64,000 bases of DNA from Alphaproteobacteria bacterium (lineage in GTDB: Bacteria > Pseudomonadota > Alphaproteobacteria > Micropepsales > Micropepsaceae): contig WGNU01000003.1 of the NCBI GenBank assembly GCA_016124385.1, positions 27,731 to 91,730 of the forward strand, read 5' to 3'. Made by a program: the position numbers and the translations under genes. Shown here piece after piece: positions 24,929 through 33,316 of this stretch (its first letter is position 1; every line of letters starts with the position of its first letter). The notes under the pieces are model-generated. The model was given only the letters and a program-made list of their open reading frames with translations, was not told the DNA's origin and searched no databases.

Positions 24929-25547
24929 TGACATGTTCGACAGTGTCAGAGGGACCAGATACCAGACAGTTCTCGCCGACCCGCCATGGCAGTTTCAAAA
25001 CCGTACTGGCAAGATGGCGCCAGAACATCGCAGGCTAAATCGCTATGGCACTATGGCTCTGGATCAAATTGCAGCGCTGCCGGTCTCAGACTTAGCTGCA
25101 CCGCGCTCACATCTTTATCTCTGGGTCCCGAACGCCCTCTTGCCAGAGGGAATTATAGTAATGAAATCTTGGGGTTTTACTTACAAAAGCAATATTGTGT
25201 GGCACAAAATTAGAAAAGATGGCGGATCTGACGGAAGGGGAGTTGGATTTTATTTTAGAAACGTCACAGAGCTTTGTCTTTTTGGGATTCGCGGTTCGAA
25301 TAACAGGACATTGAGCCCTGCACGTCGACAAGTGAACATGCTAGAGACTCGCAAGCGTGAGCACAGCCGTAAGCCAGACGAACTATATGAAATTATAGAA
25401 GCCTGTAGCCCCGGACCCTACCTCGAGCTATTCGCGCGCGGCACTAGGACCGGTTGGCATTCATGGGGTGAGCAGGCGAACGACACCTATGCACCGACCT
25501 GGAAGACCTACGCCAATCACTCGAGATCGCTCCAAGCTGCTGAGTAG
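24918..25547 (+). CDS. MT-A70 family N6-adenine DNA methyltransferase
   Basis: TVLADPPWQF (DPPW motif IV), YLWVPN, GFTYKSNIVWHK, EHSRKPDELYEIIE. ATG 24918 overlaps the endonuclease 3' end by 11 nt; an ATG at 24933 is an alternative start. Confidence 0.85.
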   Translation: MTSNDMFDSVRGTRYQTVLADPPWQFQNRTGKMAPEHRRLNRYGTMALDQIAALPVSDLAAPRSHLYLWVPNALLPEGIIVMKSWGFTYKSNIVWHKIRKDGGSDGRGVGFYFRNVTELCLFGIRGSNNRTLSPARRQVNMLETRKREHSRKPDELYEIIEACSPGPYLELFARGTRTGWHSWGEQANDTYAPTWKTYANHSRSLQAAE

Positions 25548-25592
25548 ATTGGGCCATTCGGAATGTCGGAGAAAGAACGGCCACCTCAGACG

Positions 25593-27251
25593 CTACCCCC
25601 GGGCGAATTTCTTGTACTTGATCCGGTGCGGCACCAGCGCCTCATCGCCCAGGCGCCGCGTGCGGTCGGCCATGTAGTCCTCGAAATTCCCTTCGAACCA
25701 TTCGACATGGCTATCGCCCTCGAAGGCGAGGATGTGCGTCGCGACGCGGTCGAGGAACCAGCGGTCATGGCTGATGATGACCGCGCAGCCCGCGTAATCC
25801 TCCAGCGCCTCTTCCAGCGCGCGCAGCGTATCGACGTCGAGATCGTTCGTCGGCTCGTCGAGCAGGAGAACGTTCGCGCCTGATTTCAGCATCTTCGCCA
25901 GATGCACGCGGTTGCGCTCGCCGCCCGAAAGCTGGCCGACCTTCTTCTGCTGATCGCCGCCCTTGAAGTTGAATGCCGCCGCATAGGCGCGAGAGTTCAT
26001 CTCCTTCTTGCCGAGATAGAGAATGTCGTTGCCGCCGGAGATTTCCTCCCAGACGGTCTTCTTGTCCTCGAGCGCGTCGCGCGACTGATCGACATAGCCG
26101 AGCTGCACGCTCTCGCCCACGGTGATCGTGCCGCCGTCCGGCTTGTCCTGGCCGGTGATCATGCGGAACAGCGTCGTTTTGCCCGCACCGTTCGGGCCGA
26201 TCACGCCGACGATGCCGCCGGGTGGCAGCTTGAACGTCAGATCATCGATCAGCAGCCGCTCGCCGAAGCCCTTCTTCAGATGCTCGAAATCGACGACCCG
26301 CGTGCCCAGCCGCTCGGCGATCGGAATGATGATCTGCGCGGTCTGCGGCGCCTTCTCGGACGCCTTTTGCACCAGATCCTCATAGCGCTGGTAGCGCGCC
26401 TTGTTCTTGGCCTGCCGCGCCTTGGGGGACGCGGAGATCCATTCCTGCTCGCGCGCGAGGGTGCGCTGGCGTGCCTCCTCCTCGCGGCCTTCCTGGGCGA
26501 GCCGCTTCTGCTTCTGCGCCAGCCACGACGAGTAATTGCCCTCGTAGGGGATGCCCTGCCCCCGGTCGAGCTCGAGAATCCAGCCCGTGACATTGTCGAG
26601 GAAGTAGCGGTCATGCGTGACGATGAGGATTGCACCCGGATAGGCGCGCAGATGGCCTTCCAGCCACGCGACGGATTCGGCGTCCAGATGGTTCGTCGGC
26701 TCGTCGAGCAGCAGAAGGTCGGGCTTGGAAAGCAGCAGCTGGCAGAGCGCGACGCGCCGCTTCTCGCCGCCTGAAAGGCTCTCGACGTCGGCCTCGTCCG
26801 GCGGACAGCGCAGCGCGTCCATCGCCTGATCGACCTGGGAATCCAGATCCCAAAGGCCCTGCGCCTCGATCTCGTCCTGGAGCTTGGCCATCTCATCGGC
26901 CGTCTCGTCGGTGTAGTTCGCCGCGATCTCGTTATAGCGGTCGAGGATCGCCTTCTTTGCCGCGACCCCTTCCATCACGTTGTCGCGGACCGATTTCGAG
27001 GGATCAAGTTTGGGTTCCTGCGGCAGGTAGCCGACGCGCGCGCCCTCCGCCGCGAAGGCTTCGCCGGTGAAATCGCTGTCGAGCCCCGCCATGATCTTGA
27101 GGAGCGTCGACTTGCCCGCGCCGTTGACGCCCAGAACGCCGATTTTCGCACCCGGGTAGAACGACAGGAAGATGTCTTTCAGGACCTGCTTGCCCCCCGC
27201 ATAGGTCTTCGAGAGCTTCTTCATCACGTAGACATATTGGTAGGACGCCAT
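25593..27251 (-). CDS. ettA: energy-dependent translational throttle protein EttA (ABC-F)
   Basis: From ATG 27251: [51 protein letters not shown]. Two ABC cassettes with LSGGE signatures. The track extension to 27410 is rejected. Confidence 0.95.
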   Translation of the reverse strand: MASYQYVYVMKKLSKTYAGGKQVLKDIFLSFYPGAKIGVLGVNGAGKSTLLKIMAGLDSDFTGEAFAAEGARVGYLPQEPKLDPSKSVRDNVMEGVAAKKAILDRYNEIAANYTDETADEMAKLQDEIEAQGLWDLDSQVDQAMDALRCPPDEADVESLSGGEKRRVALCQLLLSKPDLLLLDEPTNHLDAESVAWLEGHLRAYPGAILIVTHDRYFLDNVTGWILELDRGQGIPYEGNYSSWLAQKQKRLAQEGREEEARQRTLAREQEWISASPKARQAKNKARYQRYEDLVQKASEKAPQTAQIIIPIAERLGTRVVDFEHLKKGFGERLLIDDLTFKLPPGGIVGVIGPNGAGKTTLFRMITGQDKPDGGTITVGESVQLGYVDQSRDALEDKKTVWEEISGGNDILYLGKKEMNSRAYAAAFNFKGGDQQKKVGQLSGGERNRVHLAKMLKSGANVLLLDEPTNDLDVDTLRALEEALEDYAGCAVIISHDRWFLDRVATHILAFEGDSHVEWFEGNFEDYMADRTRRLGDEALVPHRIKYKKFARG

Positions 27252-27691
27252 TGGCGGGTGCCTCCCGGAAGCATGACGGCGGATGCGGAAAGGGTGGATG
27301 TTTAACGAAGGCGGCGCGCGCCCGCAACGACGCGCGTGGAGGTCCAAGCCCCCGTATTCCCCGCCCGATCGAAAGGCCTGCCTGTTAAGATCTGGCGCCC
27401 CAATTTTCATGCCTGGGTTGCAGCCTCCAGCCCTTTCTAAACAAGGTCTTGATACCGGCGCGGTGGTGGTTGGCGCGCAAATCCGCGCTCACCGCGTGTT
27501 GGAGCGACGCTTTCGGTCGCTCCCGGCCTCCGGCGCGACATGACCGGAAGCGTCCCGCCTTTAACGAATCCAGCGCCGTGTGCAACGGACGGTCGAAGAT
27601 CGCCCGAGCGCGTTAACCCAGATGTAGGACCATCGGACTTCTTATCGCGGGGCGAACCAACACATCCGCAGACAAGACCCCGGGGGAAACC

Positions 27692-29374
27692 ATGTTCGGA
27701 TTGAAGCTGTTCGGTCAGCCGAATGACCAGGCTGCCGCAGTATTGACGGCGATCGGACGCTCGCAGGCCGTTATCGAATTCACGCCGGATGGCACGATCC
27801 TGACCGCGAACGAGAATTTCCTTCAGGCGCTCGGCTACACGCTGCCGGAAATTCAGGGCAAGCATCATTCGATGTTCGTCGAGCCCGCCCAGCGCGAGAC
27901 CTCGGCCTATCAGGCCTTTTGGGCAAAGCTTGGCCGTGGCGAGTTCGATGCGGCGGAATATAAGCGCATCGCCAAGGGCGGCCGCGAAGTGTGGATCCAG
28001 GCGAGCTACAATCCCGTGCAGGATGCCTCGGGCCGCGTCGTCAAGGTCGTCAAATTCGCCACCGACATCACCGAGGCCAAGCGCCGCAACGCCAATTACG
28101 AAGGCCAGCTGCGCGCCATCGACAAGGCGCAGGCCATCATCGAGTTCGACCTCGAGGGCAAGATCCTCTCGGCCAACCAGAACTTCCTCAACGCGATGGG
28201 CTACAGCCGCGACGAGATCATCGGCAAGCATCATTCTATGTTCGTCGAGCCGAGCTACCGCGACAGCCGCGAGTACCGCGAGTTCTGGGCGAAACTCGGC
28301 CGGGGCGAGTTCGACGCGGCGGAATATAAGCGCATCGCCAAGGGCGGCCGCGAAGTGTGGATCCAGGCGTCCTACAACCCCATCCTCGAGGCGAGCGGCA
28401 AGCCCTTCAAGGTCGTGAAATTCGCGATCGATGTGACCGATCAGAAGCTGCGCACGGCCGACTATGAAGGCCAGCTCTCGGCGATCGGGAAGGCGATGGC
28501 GGTCATCGAGTTCGAGCTCGACGGCACGATCCGCACCGCCAACGACAATTTCCTGGCCGCGCTCGGCTATTCGCTGAGCGAGATCAAAGGCAAGCACCAT
28601 TCGATGTTCGTGGACGGTGAAACGCGCTCATCGACCGAGTATCGCGAGTTCTGGCCGAGCCTGGCCCGCGGCGAATTCAAGAGCGCGGAGTACAAGCGCA
28701 TCGCCAAGGGCGGCCGCGAGATCTACATCCAGGCATCTTACAACCCGATCCTCGATCTGAACGGCAAGCCCTACAAGGTCGTCAAGTTCGCGAGCGACGT
28801 AACGAAGCAGGTGCTCGCGCGCCTGCGCTCCGAGCATGTGAGTCGCATGGTCGAGAGTGTCGCTTCGGCGTCGGAGGAATTGAACGCCTCCGTCAACGAG
28901 ATCGCCGAGAGCATGGTGAAGTCGCGCGACATGGCCGGCATCGCGAGCAATCAGGTGCAGGACGCGAGCGGCTCGACCACCCGCCTCACCGAGGCGGCGC
29001 AGTCCATGGGCGGCATCGTCGATCTCATCTCCTCGATCACGGGCCAGATCAATTTGCTCGCGCTCAACGCGACGATCGAATCGGCCCGCGCGGGCGAGGC
29101 CGGCAAGGGCTTCGCGGTGGTCGCGAACGAGGTGAAAAACCTCGCCACCCAGGCGAAATCGGCGACCGAGCAGATCACCCGCGAGATCGATTCCATGCGC
29201 GGCATCTCCGACGACGTGGTGGCCGCGCTCGACCGCATCCGCCAGTCGATTGAATCGGTCAGCTCCTACGTCAACACCACGGCGGCTGCGGTGCAGGAAC
29301 AGACGGCGGTGACAACCGAGATGTCCTCCAACATGCAGCGCGTGGCCAGCGAAGCGGCGGCGATGGGGGCCTGA
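27692..29374 (+). CDS. soluble methyl-accepting chemotaxis protein with three tandem PAS modules
   Basis: No TM segment. Three 122-aa PAS repeats, then the MCP signalling domain ([44 protein letters not shown]). Confidence 0.92.
   Translation: MFGLKLFGQPNDQAAAVLTAIGRSQAVIEFTPDGTILTANENFLQALGYTLPEIQGKHHSMFVEPAQRETSAYQAFWAKLGRGEFDAAEYKRIAKGGREVWIQASYNPVQDASGRVVKVVKFATDITEAKRRNANYEGQLRAIDKAQAIIEFDLEGKILSANQNFLNAMGYSRDEIIGKHHSMFVEPSYRDSREYREFWAKLGRGEFDAAEYKRIAKGGREVWIQASYNPILEASGKPFKVVKFAIDVTDQKLRTADYEGQLSAIGKAMAVIEFELDGTIRTANDNFLAALGYSLSEIKGKHHSMFVDGETRSSTEYREFWPSLARGEFKSAEYKRIAKGGREIYIQASYNPILDLNGKPYKVVKFASDVTKQVLARLRSEHVSRMVESVASASEELNASVNEIAESMVKSRDMAGIASNQVQDASGSTTRLTEAAQSMGGIVDLISSITGQINLLALNATIESARAGEAGKGFAVVANEVKNLATQAKSATEQITREIDSMRGISDDVVAALDRIRQSIESVSSYVNTTAAAVQEQTAVTTEMSSNMQRVASEAAAMGA
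27731..28828 (+). repeat. three tandem 366-bp coding repeats (PAS modules); bounds approximate
   Basis: ATCGA(A/G)TTC anchor points at 27773, 28139 and 28505, exactly 366 nt apart. Modules 1 and 2 share a 66-nt stretch differing at one base (from ~27937 and ~28303). Confidence 0.85.
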
Positions 29375-29427
29375 ACGGCCCCTTAACCCTAGGCCGTTGA
29401 CCTGGAGAAGGCTTCCCGCGCACGATG

Positions 29428-29441
29428 TTGATCCAAATCAA
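29428..29441. promoter_or_regulatory. FNR/FixK box TTGAT-N4-ATCAA
   Basis: Perfect TTGATCCAAATCAA, ending 24 nt upstream of the GTG start of the FNR-type regulator gene. Confidence 0.65.
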
Positions 29442-29464
29442 CCCGCGAGCGTGGGGAGCCCCCC

Positions 29465-30241
29465 GTGGCCTTGGCGAGCGACAATCCGCGCGATGAACAG
29501 CGCGACGTGAAGGAGCGGCTGTTGGCGCGCCCGGCGCCGCCCGCGCCCAAGATCGCCTGCTTTCACTGCCCGGCCCGCACGAGCGATCTGTGCCGGGGCG
29601 TGGCCGACAAGGACCTGGAGGAATTATTCGCCTCCTCCAGCCGCATCCGCCTGAAGGCGGAAGAAACGCTGATCCTCGATGGCGACGAGGCCTCCACGGT
29701 CTACAATGTCATTTCGGGCGCCATGCGCCTGACGCGGCTCTCGGGCGACGGGCGCCGGCAGATCCTGGGTTTCCTCTTCACCGGCAACTACATCGGCCTG
29801 ACGCCCGACACGCTCTACCACTTCAACGCCGAGGCCGTGAGCGATGTGGAGCTGTGCGCCTTCGACCGCAGGCGCCTGGAGACGCTCTTCAAGCTCCACC
29901 CCGCGATGGAGGCGACCTTCCGCGCGATGGCGGCCAAGGTGATCGATCAGACCTATGATCTCCTCTTCACGCTCGGCCAGCGCACGGCGGTTGAGCGCGT
30001 CGCGAGCTTCCTCCTCTATCTGCGCGAGGCCGAGCAATGCCCGGGCAAGCCCGGCGCGCCGCTGCATCTGCCGATGACGCGCACGGACATCGCCGATTTC
30101 CTCGGCCTCACCATCGAAACCGTCAGCCGCTCGTTCACGAAGCTGCGCACGGACAAGATCATCCACCTCGTCGATGCGCACCGGGTGGAGGTGCTCAGGC
30201 CCGACCTCCTCTTGGCTGCCGCCGGCGAGGAAGCGCCGTGA
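29465..30241 (+). CDS. fnrL: Crp/Fnr family transcriptional regulator with FNR-type N-terminal Cys cluster
   Basis: CFHCPARTSDLC (C-x2-C-x5-C) plus a later Cys (VELCAF). cNMP-like beta-roll. C-terminal HTH RTDIADFLGLTIETVSRSFTKL. Confidence 0.88.
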   Translation: MALASDNPRDEQRDVKERLLARPAPPAPKIACFHCPARTSDLCRGVADKDLEELFASSSRIRLKAEETLILDGDEASTVYNVISGAMRLTRLSGDGRRQILGFLFTGNYIGLTPDTLYHFNAEAVSDVELCAFDRRRLETLFKLHPAMEATFRAMAAKVIDQTYDLLFTLGQRTAVERVASFLLYLREAEQCPGKPGAPLHLPMTRTDIADFLGLTIETVSRSFTKLRTDKIIHLVDAHRVEVLRPDLLLAAAGEEAP

Positions 30242-30417
30242 GCCGCGCCCGCCCCCGCCCCGAGCGCGCGCTGGGCGATTCGCTCGACGGCGCGCCGATG
30301 TCCGCCTCCGCGCTCGTCTGGCTGACGGTCGCGTTCCTGGCGAGCCTTCTCGCCATCGCGGGCATTCCCGCGATCGTTCCCCCGCCGCACGCGGCCGCGA
30401 TCACCGCCGAGCCCTGA
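30238..30417 (+). CDS. possible small membrane protein (59 aa, or 39 aa from the internal ATG at 30298)
   Basis: GTG overlaps the fnr stop (GTGA). One hydrophobic helix (LVWLTVAFLASLLAIAGIPAIV). No family recognised. Confidence 0.25.
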   Translation: MSRARPRPERALGDSLDGAPMSASALVWLTVAFLASLLAIAGIPAIVPPPHAAAITAEP

Positions 30418-30433
30418 GCCGCGGAACGCTGAA

Positions 30434-31204
30434 GTGACGACGCTCCGCAGCTGGCTGACCGCGCTCTATCAGGGCGATACGGCCCTCGCGCGCAGCTACA
30501 ATTATTTCCTGCTGATCTTCGATATCGCGATGGTGATCTACGTCATCGCCTCCTCGTTCTTCTATGGCGCGCTCGCGGTCGAGATCATCGACGCCTTGCT
30601 CGGCATCGTCATCGTGTTCGATTTCGCGGCCCGCCTCATCATTGCTGAGCGCCCCTGGCGCACGCTCTTCAGTGTCGTGGGCATCGCCGATCTGGTGGTG
30701 ATCGCCTCGCTCCTCGCGCCCATCGCGGGCGAGGGCTTCGCGTTCCTGCGCGTCGTGCGCACGCTGCGCCTGCTGCGCTCGTATCATCTCTTGAAGCAGC
30801 TACGGGGCGATTTCGCGTACTTCCGCCGCAACGAGGCGACGCTCTTTGCCGCCGTCAATCTGGCGATCTTCATTTTCGTGACGACCGCGCTCGTCTTCGA
30901 GACGCAGCACGCGACCAACCCGCAGATCCAGAACTACGCCGACGCGCTCTATTTCACCGTGACGACGCTGACGACGACCGGCTTCGGCGACATCACGCTC
31001 CCCGGCCCGACGGGGCGCCTCCTCTCCGTCGCGATCATGATCGTGGGCGTCTCGCTCTTCGTGCGGCTGATCCAGGTGCTCTTCCGCCCACCCAAGGTAA
31101 CCTTCCCCTGCCCCGATTGCGGCTTGACGCTGCACGACCTCGACGCCGTCCACTGCAAGCATTGCGGCCGCGTGCTGAAAATCCCGAACGAGGGGGTAGT
31201 TTAG
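30434..31204 (+). CDS. voltage-sensor-type potassium channel with C-terminal zinc ribbon
   Basis: S4-like LRVVRTLRLLRSYHLLKQLR, a TTTGFGD selectivity filter, six predicted TM helices, and a tail CPDCG-x11-CKHCG. Confidence 0.85.
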   Translation: MTTLRSWLTALYQGDTALARSYNYFLLIFDIAMVIYVIASSFFYGALAVEIIDALLGIVIVFDFAARLIIAERPWRTLFSVVGIADLVVIASLLAPIAGEGFAFLRVVRTLRLLRSYHLLKQLRGDFAYFRRNEATLFAAVNLAIFIFVTTALVFETQHATNPQIQNYADALYFTVTTLTTTGFGDITLPGPTGRLLSVAIMIVGVSLFVRLIQVLFRPPKVTFPCPDCGLTLHDLDAVHCKHCGRVLKIPNEGVV

Positions 31205-31257
31205 GGGATTGCGGAGGCTAGTTGGGCTGCGCCACGCGTAGCCCGTAAGGGCGAAGC

Positions 31258-32386
31258 GTGGTGGGCCCGGCAGGAACAAACTGGGCACTGGCTCATCTGC
31301 ATTCGCTGGCACCCACACCGCCGGCCAGCGCGGGACAGAGCCTAGCCTAAGCGTTTCGCCAACGTAGAATGGTCGTTCGCTTGGGCCGAATTCTGCTGCA
31401 TTCATGTTCTTTCCGGATAGCGACGCATGAACGAGATCGAACAAGAGTGCATCATCTTGAACTCGGCGTGGAAAATGATCGACGGCATGGTCAACTGGGC
31501 CATGTTCGTGAAACACGGTCACGTCGAACCGACCGATATGATGTTCCAAACTAGCCATTGCAGCGAACTGTTCATCATCCGGCTCGGTGACTTCTTGTCT
31601 CAACTCCGCGCATTCAATGGGCGGCCGGTTCCACTCGGCCTGCAAGCGGCTCCATCGAATGCCCGCCCGTCCGATCTGACCTTTCTCTATTATCTGCGAC
31701 AGGTGTGCGCGAAGCCTCACCTCGCGCCGGAAGCATCGAACCTGAGTACTCACACCGAGGCATTCGCTACCTGGCTCGAAGGAGACTTCGTCACCCAAGG
31801 CGTCAACTTGTCCGCGATCAATGTCGTCGCCGACCTACGTGTCACGCGCTATCGATACCTCAAGATTTGTGGTGACATCGCAAAACACAATCTGGCACGG
31901 CTTGAAACGAACGTCCGTTACATACAAAACCTGCTCCAAGCCAGCGGCCATCCCGTCGGCGAGCAAGAAGCATACCTGACGGTTGCAGATTTCTACGAAT
32001 GGTTCCAAAGGAAAATCTTCATCTATCACTCAAGCCAAATTGCTGAATTCCTGAACAACATTCGATGGGCGATCTTCGAGTTCCTGCAGCCTGAGTTTGA
32101 CCGGTCGTACCATCAAAAAGAAGGCTACTCACTGAGTACGCCTTTGTATGGCTATCACTATCCGGATGGCTGCAACGAGCCGCTGGCATGCGCGATGTAT
32201 TGGGATCTGATGAACCGGGTGCGCGGACGGCCGTGGCTGCACCGTTTCATTGTGTCGGACTCGTTTAAGGCGCTTTACTAGTTACAAAGCGGACTCCAGG
32301 ACGATGTCCAAGTCGCGGAGGCCGCCTGTGTTTGCCGCGTCACTGAGATTTGCGATGTACGTTCCAGTGTGGTGGGCCCGGCAGGA
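31258..32386. mobile_element. integrase-less tRNA-associated genomic islet bounded by 18-bp direct repeats
   Basis: GTGGTGGGCCCGGCAGGA occurs at 31258-31275 and again at 32369-32386, the latter covering the tRNA 3' end (32370-32386) plus one flanking base. The interior is AT-richer than the flanks and holds one ORF. Confidence 0.7.
31427..32281 (+). CDS. orphan hypothetical protein (284 aa), islet cargo
   Basis: Long uninterrupted ORF with normal amino-acid composition and atypical (lower GC) codon usage. I recognise no motif. Confidence 0.6.
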   Translation: MNEIEQECIILNSAWKMIDGMVNWAMFVKHGHVEPTDMMFQTSHCSELFIIRLGDFLSQLRAFNGRPVPLGLQAAPSNARPSDLTFLYYLRQVCAKPHLAPEASNLSTHTEAFATWLEGDFVTQGVNLSAINVVADLRVTRYRYLKICGDIAKHNLARLETNVRYIQNLLQASGHPVGEQEAYLTVADFYEWFQRKIFIYHSSQIAEFLNNIRWAIFEFLQPEFDRSYHQKEGYSLSTPLYGYHYPDGCNEPLACAMYWDLMNRVRGRPWLHRFIVSDSFKALY

Positions 32387-32446
32387 CTCGAACCTGCGAC
32401 CAGACCGTTATGAGCGGCCCGCTCTAACCAGCTGAGCTACAGGCCC
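32370..32446 (-). tRNA. tRNA with CAU anticodon (elongator tRNA-Met, or tRNA-Ile2 if lysidine-modified)
   Basis: 77 nt: GGGCCTG TA GCTC AGCTGGTTA GAGC G GGCCG CTCATAA CGGTC TGGTC GCAGG TTCGAGT CCTGC CGGGCCC A CCA. It forms a full cloverleaf with encoded CCA. There is no C1:A72 mismatch, so it is not an initiator. Confidence 0.95.
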
Positions 32447-32605
32447 CCTGCGCGTCGCCAGGCGGGAAGGTACCAGGCCGCGAACATAAACATCTCTTCA
32501 TGGGCCCGCCATGGTTTTGCCGCGGATCGGCGTGATACTCCCTGCCCCTTCGATGTGTCATCCTGTGATGCCAATCCTCAAAATCGCTCCTGAAGGAGAA
32601 TTGCG

Positions 32606-33316
32606 ATGCGTCTCGCCCTGGGCCTTGCCGCCCTCATCGCCACTGCGCTTGCCCTGCCCGCCGCGGCGGCCGAGGCAGCCATGACGCCGCCCGCCCGCCA
32701 GATCACGGTCATGGGCACGGGCGAGCGCTCGGCGGTGCCGGATTTGGCGACCGTGACGACCGGCGTCGTCAGCCAGGCAAAGACCGCCGGCGAAGCGCTC
32801 TCGGCCAATTCGCAGGCCATGGCCGCCGTCCTGAAAGCGCTGAAGGATGCCGGCATCGCCGAGCGCGACATCCAGACCTCGAACTTCTCCATCCAGCCGC
32901 AATATCCAAGCTATGATTCGACCCGCATCACGCCGCCCGAGATCGCGGGCTATCAGGTGTCGAACCAGGTGAGCGTGCGCCTGCGCGACGTGGCGAAACT
33001 CGGCCCGGTGCTCGACGCGCTCGTCGCCGCCGGCTCGAACAACGTCTCGGGCGTCAGCTTCGCGATCGACAAGCCCGAGCCCCTGCTCAACGAGGCGCGC
33101 GCGGAGGCGGTGAAGAACGCCCGCGCGAAGGCTGAGCTCTATGCTGAGGCCGCGGGCGTCAAACTCGGCCGCGTGATCGAGATCAGCGAGGCCTCCTTCG
33201 GCGGGCCGCAGCCGGTCTTTGCCCGCATGGAAGCGGCGTCCGCCCCCTCCGTGCCGATCGCGGCCGGCGAGAGCACGGTGACGGCGAGCGTCACCATCGT
33301 CTACGAGATCGAGTGA
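32606..33316 (+). CDS. SIMPL domain (DUF541, BP26/Omp28-like) periplasmic protein
   Basis: Signal peptide, then ITVMGTGERSAVPDLATVTTGVV...A..AN...M..V...L...GI...DIQT..FSIQPQY, the typical SIMPL pattern. Confidence 0.85.
   Translation: MRLALGLAALIATALALPAAAAEAAMTPPARQITVMGTGERSAVPDLATVTTGVVSQAKTAGEALSANSQAMAAVLKALKDAGIAERDIQTSNFSIQPQYPSYDSTRITPPEIAGYQVSNQVSVRLRDVAKLGPVLDALVAAGSNNVSGVSFAIDKPEPLLNEARAEAVKNARAKAELYAEAAGVKLGRVIEISEASFGGPQPVFARMEAASAPSVPIAAGESTVTASVTIVYEIE

Larger units (their letters stand above)
24226..25592 (+). other. AT-richer horizontally acquired restriction-modification cassette (no mobility gene seen)
   Basis: Composition drops abruptly right after the stop at 24225 and recovers at the ettA stop at 25593. 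It contains only the two genes listed next. Confidence 0.75.

Noticed and set aside
24229-25331. Several 74-98-aa minus-strand ORFs inside the R-M cassette (possible controller protein or third gene)
   Set aside because: They are fully antisense to the two recognisable genes and show no HTH pattern. Open frames of this length occur by chance, so there is no support for a C protein.
27501-27523. GGAGCGAC-gctttcg-GTCGCTCC hairpin in the ettA/chemoreceptor divergent region as a possible sRNA terminator or riboswitch element
   Set aside because: There is no flanking T-run, no recognisable riboswitch core, and no second conserved element. A structural hairpin alone is insufficient.
27731-28828. 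Regularly spaced repeats considered as a CRISPR-like array
   Set aside because: The period is 366 bp, the repeats are in-frame coding PAS modules of one long ORF, and there is no short repeat/spacer structure or cas gene.
30800-31798. 332-aa minus-strand ORF crossing the channel gene, the att repeat and the start of the orphan ORF
   Set aside because: It spans a compositional boundary and an att site and is antisense to a convincing K+ channel. It is not credible as a gene.
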